A DNA stretch of 64,000 nucleotides from Promethearchaeota archaeon (GTDB lineage Archaea; Asgardarchaeota; Lokiarchaeia; Sigyniarchaeales; SOKP01): assembly GCA_016840085.1 (NCBI GenBank), contig JAEOTA010000064.1, positions 1-64,000 on the forward strand. The letters are read 5' to 3'. Below, one piece after another: positions 50,069 to 59,256 of the stretch (the stretch's first letter is position 1; each line of letters opens with the position of its first letter). Position numbers and translations under genes: made by a program. Under the pieces are notes generated by a model. The model was given only the letters and a program-made list of their open reading frames with translations. It did not search any database and was not told the DNA's origin.

Positions 50069-52192
50069 ATGGTTAAGTTATCATTAAAAATAGTTGTTTA
50101 TTCTTATCTTGGATTATTGATTCTTTTTCCATTTTTGAACCTTTTTTTAGATTATTATTCGGATAATTCAAATGATTTAGATTTTTCAAGAATCGAAATT
50201 GATCTTAGTAATGATACTGAAATTGATTTATCCTTATTACCAAAAATTGATTATGAAACATTAAATGGTATATGGTACAATCCAAAGATTGAAATGCTAA
50301 TTATATCACCTAACAGATCTGATTTTATTAATGTATTAAAACCATTGGTGGATTGGAAAAACGAGAAAGGTGTAAAGACAATTATCTTAAGCAATTATTC
50401 ATTATATTATGGTGTAGATGATGCTGCTAGGATTAGAAATATGATAAAATCTTACTATGAAAAAGAAGATATTAAATGGGTTCTTTTAGCTGGTGATGCG
50501 CAAGATGACTTGATCCCAATTAGAATGGTTTATAACCCTGATGTGTTAAGATGGGGTGAGGGCGCAAGGGAATCAATTCCAGGAGATTATTATAAACCTA
50601 CTGATTTTTATTATGCGGATCTTACAGGTAGTTGGGATAGTGATGGTGATGGAAATTGGGGAGAAGCTCCTCAAGACAATACTTATGGTTTAGATGAGAT
50701 CTCATGGATTCCTGAAGTCTATGTTGGTCGATTTCCAGCTGATACAGCTAATGAACTTGAAATTATGGTAAATAAAACATTAAAGTATGAGGTTGATCCC
50801 AATATTGGTAATTGGATGAATAGAATGCTTTTGGCTGGTGGAATATCTAGTTATGTTCCCCAAGAATATGAAAGTCACTTGACAGATTATATCATACAAA
50901 ATTATGCAAAATTTGAATTAAGTTGCACTCATTTAATAGAAGAAGGTAATCTTACCCGTTCAAACCTTAAAAATTATTTTGACGATGGATATTCAACAGT
51001 AATCATGGCAGGTCATGGAAGTCCAACAGCCTTCTATCGAAATCCTAGTAGTATTGGTTATACATCTTCGGATGCTAACTCAAGTTCGAATTTTCACATG
51101 CCCTCTTTAGTTTATCTCGATGCCTGTTCAACATCAAGCTACGATTATAATGATAATAGCTTAGGAGAAGTATTAATAAGAAGAATTAATGGGAGTGCTA
51201 TTGGTGCAATTGGAGCTCTAAGATTTAGTTATTATTTCGAAAATGATGAGAATCTTGAAAAATTAAATCGTGGGAATGCAAAATTATTTTGGGAAGAATT
51301 TTTTCTTAAAAAGAAGTATCAGCAAGGAAGAGCGTTATATGATTCAAAAGTTTCTTATATAAATAGTGATTATTATAAGAGAGGGGAAGGCTCAACAGAT
51401 TATGATTTTGAACGGAAAAATATTTTAACTTATTGTCTTTTAGGAGATCCTGAAGTCGATATTTACACTAATAGACCAAAAAATGCATTAGATCCTTCTT
51501 TTGGAGATATTTATGAAGGTCAACTAGTTTCTGCAATAATAAAAGACGTAAGTGGTAAAATTGTGCCTTATGCCAGAGTTCATTTTAAGACTATAGATGA
51601 CAAATATTATACCGCATATGCAGATGGTAATGGAGTAGTAAAATTTCGGGTTCCTTGCCAAACTAGTCAAATATATAATGTAACAATCACGGGACATAAT
51701 TTAATATCTTCTTATTTTAATTTTACCACTTATACCGATAATTCTATGCCCGAATTATTAAAAGTAGAACTTTTTCCTGAAAATCCTGGAACATCGGATA
51801 CACTTCATTTTAATATTACTACGTTTGACGATCATTCAGGGATAGAAAGTGTCTATCTGTTTATTTCTAAAGATAATTTCAAACATTATACAAATTATAG
51901 GATGATAAATGGAATCTTAGATGATGATAGTATTTTTATGCTCGAGACTGATAAGTTGAAACCTGGAAAATATTCCTACCTTATTATTTCAAGAGATTAT
52001 GCTAATAACACAAATGTTTTTTATGAAAAAAGTTTTAAATTTACAATACCTAAACCGCTAATCGATTATGTGCTTCCTATTTCTTTAATGTTAATTATAG
52101 GAGCTGCAGGAATTTCAATTTTTATCTTTTATAAAGGGTTGCAAACTTATTTAAAAATAATAAGAAATTACGAAAGAAATTTATCATCTTAG
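50069..52192 (+). CDS. Peptidase C25 (gingipain-like), membrane anchored
   Basis: WKNEKG, VLLAGD, TDFYYADL, VGRFP, catalytic AGHG and DACS, LLGDP; terminal TM segments. Confidence 0.88.
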   Translation: MVKLSLKIVVYSYLGLLILFPFLNLFLDYYSDNSNDLDFSRIEIDLSNDTEIDLSLLPKIDYETLNGIWYNPKIEMLIISPNRSDFINVLKPLVDWKNEKGVKTIILSNYSLYYGVDDAARIRNMIKSYYEKEDIKWVLLAGDAQDDLIPIRMVYNPDVLRWGEGARESIPGDYYKPTDFYYADLTGSWDSDGDGNWGEAPQDNTYGLDEISWIPEVYVGRFPADTANELEIMVNKTLKYEVDPNIGNWMNRMLLAGGISSYVPQEYESHLTDYIIQNYAKFELSCTHLIEEGNLTRSNLKNYFDDGYSTVIMAGHGSPTAFYRNPSSIGYTSSDANSSSNFHMPSLVYLDACSTSSYDYNDNSLGEVLIRRINGSAIGAIGALRFSYYFENDENLEKLNRGNAKLFWEEFFLKKKYQQGRALYDSKVSYINSDYYKRGEGSTDYDFERKNILTYCLLGDPEVDIYTNRPKNALDPSFGDIYEGQLVSAIIKDVSGKIVPYARVHFKTIDDKYYTAYADGNGVVKFRVPCQTSQIYNVTITGHNLISSYFNFTTYTDNSMPELLKVELFPENPGTSDTLHFNITTFDDHSGIESVYLFISKDNFKHYTNYRMINGILDDDSIFMLETDKLKPGKYSYLIISRDYANNTNVFYEKSFKFTIPKPLIDYVLPISLMLIIGAAGISIFIFYKGLQTYLKIIRNYERNLSS

Positions 52193-52193
52193 T

Positions 52194-52751
52194 TTAATGT
52201 TCTTCATTTTGGATTTTCTCCTTTTTCATTTTTATTAGATATAAAATTGAACTTACAGTCCCAAAAATACCTTGGATAATTAAGGCTAAGGATATCAATA
52301 AAACAGCAAGAAGATCCTTGAAAATAAATAAAAATATAATAATAAAGATACCTGCTACAGTAAATCTCAAAATAGAGGAAAGTTCACTGAATACAATTTT
52401 CCAGGTTTTAGATTTTTTTACTCGTGCTTCTAAGTCTCGATGATATTGATCTTCTCCAATTTCTTTTATATACCAACTCCCTTCTATGTTATTTGCAAAA
52501 ATTAAAATACTCCACCATAAAATAAAGAAACTAAAATAAAAGTCTAATGAACCTAATACTATAATAGGTATTTGCATTAAGATCATTCCTTTCCAGCCAA
52601 CACGTTTAGCTATTTTATTTGTTTCTAATTTCAATTCTTTAGAAACATATCGTGTGCTAAGTATATCAAGCGATCTCCCAATGAATGTTAAAAATGCGTT
52701 TATCAAATATTGATACCATTGTACATTACGTATAATTAATTGAAAAATCAT
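52194..52751 (-). CDS. Membrane protein of unknown function
   Basis: About 5 hydrophobic segments. Confidence 0.7.
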   Translation of the reverse strand: MIFQLIIRNVQWYQYLINAFLTFIGRSLDILSTRYVSKELKLETNKIAKRVGWKGMILMQIPIIVLGSLDFYFSFFILWWSILIFANNIEGSWYIKEIGEDQYHRDLEARVKKSKTWKIVFSELSSILRFTVAGIFIIIFLFIFKDLLAVLLISLALIIQGIFGTVSSILYLIKMKKEKIQNEEH

Positions 52752-52910
52752 ATTCTTCAGCTCATCTTACGGTATTCCTTTTAAATTTAATCTTTTTAAT
52801 GAAAAACTTTTTTTATTAGGCTTTATTATTTCTAACTACACTTTACCAAATAAGTAAAGATTTACATTGTAAATAATTATACTTATTAAATGGTATTAAA
52901 TCGTGGTTTT

Positions 52911-53091
52911 ATAACCACATAAATATATAGCATCTTGCTAAGCGCCGGACGTTAAACTTATAAGCGTTGCAGGATAGTACTGCAGTTGCGATCTGTGGGA
53001 AACCTCAAACTGTGAGTTCGCTCACGGTCATGGCTTTAAAGGATAATACCCGGTCCCATCCGAACCCGGAAACGCTTATTTATGTGGTTAT
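52911..53091 (+). other. Precursor processing stem with BHB-like motif flanking the permuted 5S rRNA
   Basis: Outer stem 52911-52924/53078-53091 (14 bp perfect); AAGCG/CGCTT; central CCGG/CCGG; bulges AC(G) 52949-51 and AAA 53070-72. Confidence 0.75.
52951..53071 (+). rRNA. rrf: 5S rRNA, circularly permuted (3' half 52951-53016, UUCG linker, 5' half 53021-53071)
   Basis: Loop C UCCCAUCCGAAC inside ACCCGG/CCGGAA; loop E AGUAC/GGGAA; GCGA loop; helix I ACTGTGAG/CTCACGGT. Confidence 0.88.
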
Positions 53092-53188
53092 TAATGACAT
53101 TAAACCTTTTATTTCTCTAAAAATAAGTTTTTATACGATTAATTATAAGTTTAATTAATATTTCATAATAAATTACCTAAAAACACGT

Positions 53189-53731
53189 ATGCCAAAAAAG
53201 TATATCGTTCTTTTTAAAACTATTGGTAGAAAGTGGTTTCTATTTCTTATTATTATAATAATTATCGTGGCAATAATTAACCCCGTAGCAGCAATTTGGA
53301 TGACCGGCATCACTTTAGTATTATTCCTTTTATCGTATGTTCCAAGAATATTTTTTAAAAATAGATTGCATAAATTCATGAATAAATTTTTTAAAATAGA
53401 AGATGAATTAATAGCCAGAAAACTAAAGAAATCTTTGAAAATAATTCAGGAAGATATGTTTGATTTATCCCAAAAACAAGATAAAAAGAAATGGTTGATT
53501 GTTTTTCTAAATAAACAATATATTTTTTATCATCAAGAAACTATTCAGGCATTTAAGGATCTTTACAAAAAAGGTTATAGTGAGAAAGAAATCCTTGATA
53601 ATTTAACTAATTACAAAATTGGTATTAGAGCTGAGGTTAAAGCAATAAAAGATACTTTAATTAAACTTAAAAGAATAAGTGAAAGGGAAATTTCTGTAAA
53701 AGAACATTACGAAAAGCAAAGATTTAATTAA
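53189..53731 (+). CDS. Hypothetical protein with N-terminal TM helices
   Basis: Two hydrophobic segments followed by a basic soluble domain. Confidence 0.7.
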   Translation: MPKKYIVLFKTIGRKWFLFLIIIIIIVAIINPVAAIWMTGITLVLFLLSYVPRIFFKNRLHKFMNKFFKIEDELIARKLKKSLKIIQEDMFDLSQKQDKKKWLIVFLNKQYIFYHQETIQAFKDLYKKGYSEKEILDNLTNYKIGIRAEVKAIKDTLIKLKRISEREISVKEHYEKQRFN

Positions 53732-53772
53732 TCTCTTCAGAAAGAAATTAATAAAAAAAAAAAAATTAATAT

Positions 53773-54066
53773 TTAATCTATAGTTCCGAATTTTAAATCG
53801 AAGCTAAAATATTTTCGAACTGGTTTTTTAACATTCCAAACACACTTTAAACCTTTTTCGAATTGAACAAGATCCCCTTTCTTGAATTCTATTTTCTCTT
53901 TTGTTTCTGGATCTGTGACTTCTACTTCTCCCTCAAGTATATAACAAGTTTCAGTATCTCCATAAGACCAATCAAATTCACTTACTTCTTTGCTCCAAGT
54001 CCCCCAAGATTTAACATTTAATTGCTCTAATTGCTCTTCAGACGGTATTTTCTTTTTCATTTTCAT
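53773..54066 (-). CDS. Cupin (DUF861/EutQ-like) protein
   Basis: FDWSY..ETCYILEGEV..GDLV.F.KG..CVW. Confidence 0.88.
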   Translation of the reverse strand: MKMKKKIPSEEQLEQLNVKSWGTWSKEVSEFDWSYGDTETCYILEGEVEVTDPETKEKIEFKKGDLVQFEKGLKCVWNVKKPVRKYFSFDLKFGTID

Positions 54067-54385
54067 TTTAATGCACCTAATTTAAAAATTAAATTTTACT
54101 TAATTAAATATTTTTTAAACAATGAATTGAGAGAAATTATTGTTCCTAGATTAATAAAATTTATTTTGAAAACCTTAATTAATGAATTATATTTTCAAAA
54201 AAGAATAAAAAACAAAAATAAAAAATTATTATACAAATAAATTACATTTTAAAATTCCGATTAAGTAAACAATATTAAATCAAAAAAAGATTATAATTAT
54301 AACAAAAAATTATTAATCTATTCTAAAAGCGTCTATATCTAATAATTAAAACAATTCGCCTAAAAATCAAAATGAGATTATATTA

Positions 54386-54907
54386 ATGCCCAAAAAGTTT
54401 ATCCTAAAGATTCTTACTGCCGGGGAGGGAGGTGTAGGAAAAACCACACTCCTTCATAGGTACGTGGAAGGTAAATTCTCAGCGGAGACGAAAATGACAA
54501 TAGGTGTTGAGTTTTTCCTGAAAGAGGTTGAGATTGATCAAAAACATTGCACTCTGCAGCTTTGGGACTTCGGGGGACAAGAAAGGTTTCGATTTTTGCT
54601 TGAAAGTTATGTATTAGGGGCAAAAGGAGCGCTGTTAATGTTCGATCTCACAAGAGTATCAAGCCTTGAAAATTTGCATCAATGGATAAAGATTGTTCGA
54701 AAGGGAAATCCGAATCTTCCTGTTCTTTTTTTAGGGACCAAATTAGATTTAGAAGATGAGATACAAGTTGATGATGATTATGCAAGATCATTTCTAAATG
54801 AATTTAACTTAATTGATTTTCTTAAGATTTCTTCAAAAACGGGCGAGAATGTTCATGAAGCTTTTAGTATATTAACACAAAAAATATTAGAGCGACAAAC
54901 TTATTGA
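54386..54907 (+). CDS. Rab-like small GTPase
   Basis: GEGGVGKT, TIGVEF, WDFGGQERFR, TKLD, SSK. Confidence 0.93.
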   Translation: MPKKFILKILTAGEGGVGKTTLLHRYVEGKFSAETKMTIGVEFFLKEVEIDQKHCTLQLWDFGGQERFRFLLESYVLGAKGALLMFDLTRVSSLENLHQWIKIVRKGNPNLPVLFLGTKLDLEDEIQVDDDYARSFLNEFNLIDFLKISSKTGENVHEAFSILTQKILERQTY

Positions 54908-55347
54908 ACTCCAAACTTGCATTAGTAGTTGTTGATTCTAATTTTGTACTTCTTCCTTTTCAGTTTAAAGTGGATTATTTAAATGAAATAAGGCACATGG
55001 TTGAAGGCAAACTTAAGTTTATAATATATCAACAGGTTTTGAATGAGCTTGAATCTAAGAAAAAAAGAGAATCGCAAGCAACGAAATTTATTAGACTTCT
55101 TGAGTCAGGCTTATCTTACCTAGACAAACATAAAGCGGATTATGATATTGATTTTATAAATGATATTAAGAACATTGAAGAAACAACAGATGATTTTTTA
55201 TTGAGAAAAATTATTTGTTTGAAAAAGGAAGGAAATAATGTATTTTTTGCAACTAACGATTCTAATTTACGTAAAAAAGCAAAAAAACAACACATAAATA
55301 CAATTTTCCTTAGGCAAAAAAAATATTTATCTATAGAAAGAATTTAA
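54904..55347 (+). CDS. PIN-domain nuclease, Fcf1/Utp24-like
   Basis: VVDSNF, VLNEL, TDD, ATNDSNLR; overlaps the GTPase stop codon. Confidence 0.82.
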   Translation: MNSKLALVVVDSNFVLLPFQFKVDYLNEIRHMVEGKLKFIIYQQVLNELESKKKRESQATKFIRLLESGLSYLDKHKADYDIDFINDIKNIEETTDDFLLRKIICLKKEGNNVFFATNDSNLRKKAKKQHINTIFLRQKKYLSIERI

Positions 55348-55474
55348 TTTAAATAATTTGCTATATCCAAACAAAAATTTTAAAATTTTATAAAAAGATG
55401 TAGATAATTAATAAGTATTGAATTCAACATTATAAAAAATTAAATCTTATTGTCTATTTTAATGCAATAACAGA

Positions 55475-55990
55475 ATGTCTAAGCCAAAAATTTTAAAAAT
55501 AATTACAGCAGGAGAGGGTGGAGTGGGTAAAACAACACTCCTTTATCGATATGTGGAGGGAAGATTTTTAGCAGATACACGCATGACCCTAGGCGTAGAG
55601 TTTTTCATCAAAGAAGTTGATGTTGGAGGGAAAAAGATAAATTTACAGGTGTGGGACTTTGGAGGTCAGGAACATTTTAGACCATTATTAAAAAATTATG
55701 CATTGGGAGCAAAAGGTGCACTATTACTTTTTGATCTTACCAGACCATCAAGCTTAGAGAAAATTAACCAATGGGTTAATATTTGCAGAGAAGATAACCC
55801 AGATATACCTATTATTTTTTTGGGAACGAAATTGGATTTGATTGATTTAATATCTGTTGATGATGGTTATGCTCTGAGATTTAAAGTAGAATATAATTTT
55901 TTTGAATATTTAAAAATCTCCTCGAAAACTGGTGAAAATGTGAATTTAGCATTTGAGTTGTTAGCAGAAGAAATTGTAAGGAAGTTATAA
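55475..55990 (+). CDS. Rab-like small GTPase (paralog)
   Basis: GEGGVGKT, TLGVEF, WDFGGQEHFR, TKLD, SSK. Confidence 0.93.
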   Translation: MSKPKILKIITAGEGGVGKTTLLYRYVEGRFLADTRMTLGVEFFIKEVDVGGKKINLQVWDFGGQEHFRPLLKNYALGAKGALLLFDLTRPSSLEKINQWVNICREDNPDIPIIFLGTKLDLIDLISVDDGYALRFKVEYNFFEYLKISSKTGENVNLAFELLAEEIVRKL

Positions 55991-56005
55991 AATTTTAGTA
56001 TGATA

Positions 56006-57205
56006 TTAAATCCTGTTTATTAGAATACTTTTAATATTTTCTTTATTTAAATTAACCGGATTATTCTTTAATCCAGTTTTCTCTGCAATTTTATCAACAT
56101 CTTCTTCTTTTATGGCATATTTAGCTAGCCTATCAATTTTTAATTCTTTTGTCCATTTTTCAAGTGTTTCAATTAATATCATGATATAATGGTCTATTTT
56201 TCCCTCTTCTATCTCTTCTTTACCTACTAATAAAGCGCCAATTTTAGCATGTTTTTGCAACCCTTTCTTGCCTGATGGTCCAATTTCTCGTAGAATTTTA
56301 ATATTCATTCTAGTAGCTTCAGCAAGAAGCGTACCACATACTACACCATGAGGAATATCAAAGAAACCGCCAATTGACGAAGCCAATCCATGAACAATTC
56401 CTAAACCTGCATTTGCTAAAGAAATTCCAGATATTAGTGAGCCGTATGCCATTGCTGCTCGAACCTTAACATTCGATGCTCCAGTTGAGCATGCTAATAT
56501 TAAATTTTCACTTATATATTTCATCCCACTAAAAGCTAAAGCATCAGTCATAAGATTAGCTTTAGGAGATACATAAGCTTCAAGTAATTGTGTAAAAGCA
56601 TCCATTCCACACGCGGCAGAAATAGTTGCTGGACAGGAAATCATTAACTCAGGGTCGATTATTGCTACATTTGGTATTAAATTATCATGACGAAGGGATT
56701 TTTTAAACCCATCTGGACCTATCTCGCTAATAACCGCATTTTTAGTAGCTTCACTTCCAGTACCTGATGTAGTTGGTATTGCTATATATGGAATTTTCTG
56801 ACCATCGTGAGCTTTGTCACCTACTCCTTCTAAATAATTTTTAATTGAATCTCTTTTTGGAATCATTGCGGAAATTGCTTTACCTGCATCTGTGACGCTT
56901 CCTCCCCCTATAGCAACAACTAAATCAGGCTTTTTATCTCTATATTGACTTGCAGCATTGTCAACTATATTAGGTGAAGGCTCACCTGAAATTGAAATAG
57001 TTGAATAGTTAAATGATTAACTTTCTAATATTTTTATTATCTCATCCCATTTTCCATATCTTTTAAGTGATTTTTCACCTATTACAAAAAGTATATTCCT
57101 TCCGTACCTAGGCATAATATCAAAAAGTTGAGTTAATGCACCAGAACCAAAAATTATATGAGGAATACTAGCAAAATTAAAAGGAGGACCCATAATATTC
57201 ATCAT
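56006..57205 (-). pseudogene. Iron-containing alcohol dehydrogenase interrupted by one in-frame TAA (57017-57019)
   Basis: The two track ORFs are in the same frame. The gap encodes SGEPS..AIGGGSVTDAGKA; PTTSGTGSE and HGLAS..PHG follow downstream. Confidence 0.85.
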
Positions 57206-57360
57206 TTTTGATTTTACTTTTAGCTTTATTATAATAATTTCAAATTAAAATATAATTTTATTGTAAGTAACATTAAATCATTAATATTGTTATAATAAGA
57301 TTTTTAACTTAAATTAGATAATTTGTTTTATAACAGACTAAAGAGCAATAATGATTTAAA

Positions 57361-57699
57361 ATGAAACAAGTCAATGAAAACGATTTTGAATATAGAAAAG
57401 GAGAAAGTGGTGTAAAATACTTAATGCGAGGACCAAGCATTGACTGGGGAGTAATATTGCTCAAACCAGGTGAGATGATGGGAGATAAAGCACATGGACA
57501 TAATTTCATTGATGAAACCTTCTACTTTGTAGAGGGTAATGGTGTTATGATCATTAATGATAAAGAATTTCCAGCGTCTCAAGGTAGCGTGTTTCTCTGT
57601 GAACCAAAAGAAATGCATAATATTAGGAATGATTCTGATAAACGTGTTAAAATTGTGTTCATTAAGGCGGAGTATCGTCCCGAGGATAAAATTGAATAA
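57361..57699 (+). CDS. Cupin_2 domain protein
   Basis: HGH..DETFYFVEG..EMH. Confidence 0.85.
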   Translation: MKQVNENDFEYRKGESGVKYLMRGPSIDWGVILLKPGEMMGDKAHGHNFIDETFYFVEGNGVMIINDKEFPASQGSVFLCEPKEMHNIRNDSDKRVKIVFIKAEYRPEDKIE

Positions 57700-57737
57700 T
57701 TAATTTAATATTTAATATAGCTTAATTGAGAGTTAAT

Positions 57738-58115
57738 ATGGCAAAAAAAAAAGGAAAAAAAGGAAAGAAAGGTAAAACATATGATCAACCAGTAATTACA
57801 AGGGTTAAATACCCGAGTAAAGAACTGGGAGAGATTTTTGCAATTGTAGTTGATATATTAGGCGGAGATCGAATGAGAGTATTTTGTGAAGATGGAAAGC
57901 ATCGGATTGGTAGAATCCGTGGAAAAATAAAAAAAAGAGTATGGATAAGGCGTGGAGATTTGGTAATTGTAAATCCATGGGAATGGGAAACCGAAACTAA
58001 AGATGGATTGGGGAAGGGTGAAATTACATGGAGGTATACTAGAGCTGAAATCTCGTGGCTTGAACGTAAAAACAGAATTCCAGATATATTAGATATTAAT
58101 AATATCTCATTTTAA
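57738..58115 (+). CDS. eif1a: Translation initiation factor aIF-1A
   Basis: LGGDRMRV.CEDGK.R.GRIRGKIKKRVWIRRGD. Confidence 0.93.
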   Translation: MAKKKGKKGKKGKTYDQPVITRVKYPSKELGEIFAIVVDILGGDRMRVFCEDGKHRIGRIRGKIKKRVWIRRGDLVIVNPWEWETETKDGLGKGEITWRYTRAEISWLERKNRIPDILDINNISF

Positions 58116-58288
58116 TTAAATTAGTTTTAATAGGCTCTCTATTCTAGTGCTTAAACCTTTTTCACATATCTAGCGTTAAGAATCTCAAAAAAGCAAAATT
58201 TTATAATTTAGTAATACCTAATAAGCTTATACTTTTTTTTCTGTTTATGTTTTATAAACCCAAATTCAAATGAGATTCGTGATAAAAA

Positions 58289-59038
58289 TTGTCTGAAAAA
58301 GAAGAGAATTTAAACGAGAGTGAAAGTAAAGAATTTGAGATCGATGAGAGTCCTATATCGGGATCTGAAGAAGAACTAACAACACTTTTTGCTGTAAGGA
58401 CAACTATTAATCAAGAGAGCAATATTCTTAAACAAATTTTTTATCGTTTCCGCATATTGGACATAATACCCGATATTCGGGCTATGCTCGTTTCTCCTCT
58501 GCTACCAGGCTACATATTCTTCGAGGCTCCGACTAAGAGGGAAGTCCAAATTGCTGTTCAAGGAATACCTCATATTAAAGGAAGAATAGTTCAAAATATT
58601 GAGTTAAGGGAATTGAAACATGTCTTACTCCCAAGAAGCGTCACTGAGTATTTAGAAGAAGGAGACACAGTTGAGATTATTAGTGGTGTATTTGAAGGTG
58701 CAAGAGCTATCGTAATGCGAATGCCTCATGATACATCAAGTAGTGAAGAAGTCGTCGTTCGATTGTTACAAGAAGAAACTCCAATTACAATTAAAATTCA
58801 TGGAGATTATTTGAAATTAGTTGAAAAGAAGAAACCTGTCCTAGAAGCTATGCCAGAAATAAAAGTTTCAGCAGGTACTGTCACTGATATGGAAAAAGCA
58901 ATAACTTTTGAAGATGAATTTGAAGAATTTGAAGAAGAATACCCAGATAGTTTGAGAAGTGAAGAAACTGAAGAATATTCTGATGATGAAGAAGAACTCG
59001 AAGAAGAAGATGAATGGGCTAAATTTGATGGTTTCTAA
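58289..59038 (+). CDS. spt5: Transcription elongation factor Spt5 (NGN+KOW) with acidic termini
   Basis: FAVRTTINQE, LPGYIFFE, KOW GDTVEIISGVFEG. Confidence 0.85.
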   Translation: MSEKEENLNESESKEFEIDESPISGSEEELTTLFAVRTTINQESNILKQIFYRFRILDIIPDIRAMLVSPLLPGYIFFEAPTKREVQIAVQGIPHIKGRIVQNIELRELKHVLLPRSVTEYLEEGDTVEIISGVFEGARAIVMRMPHDTSSSEEVVVRLLQEETPITIKIHGDYLKLVEKKKPVLEAMPEIKVSAGTVTDMEKAITFEDEFEEFEEEYPDSLRSEETEEYSDDEEELEEEDEWAKFDGF

Positions 59039-59256
59039 CACGAAATTACTTTTATTCAGAATATTTTCTTCAAAATAAACATAATTTATATTAATTAATC
59101 AACTCTAGTGTTGTCATATAACATAGCAATGGAATTATAACTATTCGTTGCGTTTACCCTAAGAATCTACTTAATAAGAGGATTTTTATATATAAACTTT
59201 TTTTAAAGAAATAATAAAGATTTGAAATTTAGATAAAAAATCTTCTATTGAGTTAA

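Noticed and set aside
53021-53071. Interpretation as a truncated 5S pseudogene fragment
   Set aside because: The missing 3' half is present immediately upstream, all helices can form, and the flanks regenerate the exact junction.
52967-53158. 63-aa ORF in the track
   Set aside because: It overlaps the 5S rRNA sequence and has no protein-like features; spurious.
40497-57019. Genome-wide stop-codon reassignment suggested by two in-frame stops
   Set aside because: The two stops differ (TAG, TAA), and conserved genes in the window end normally at stop codons, mostly TAA/TGA.
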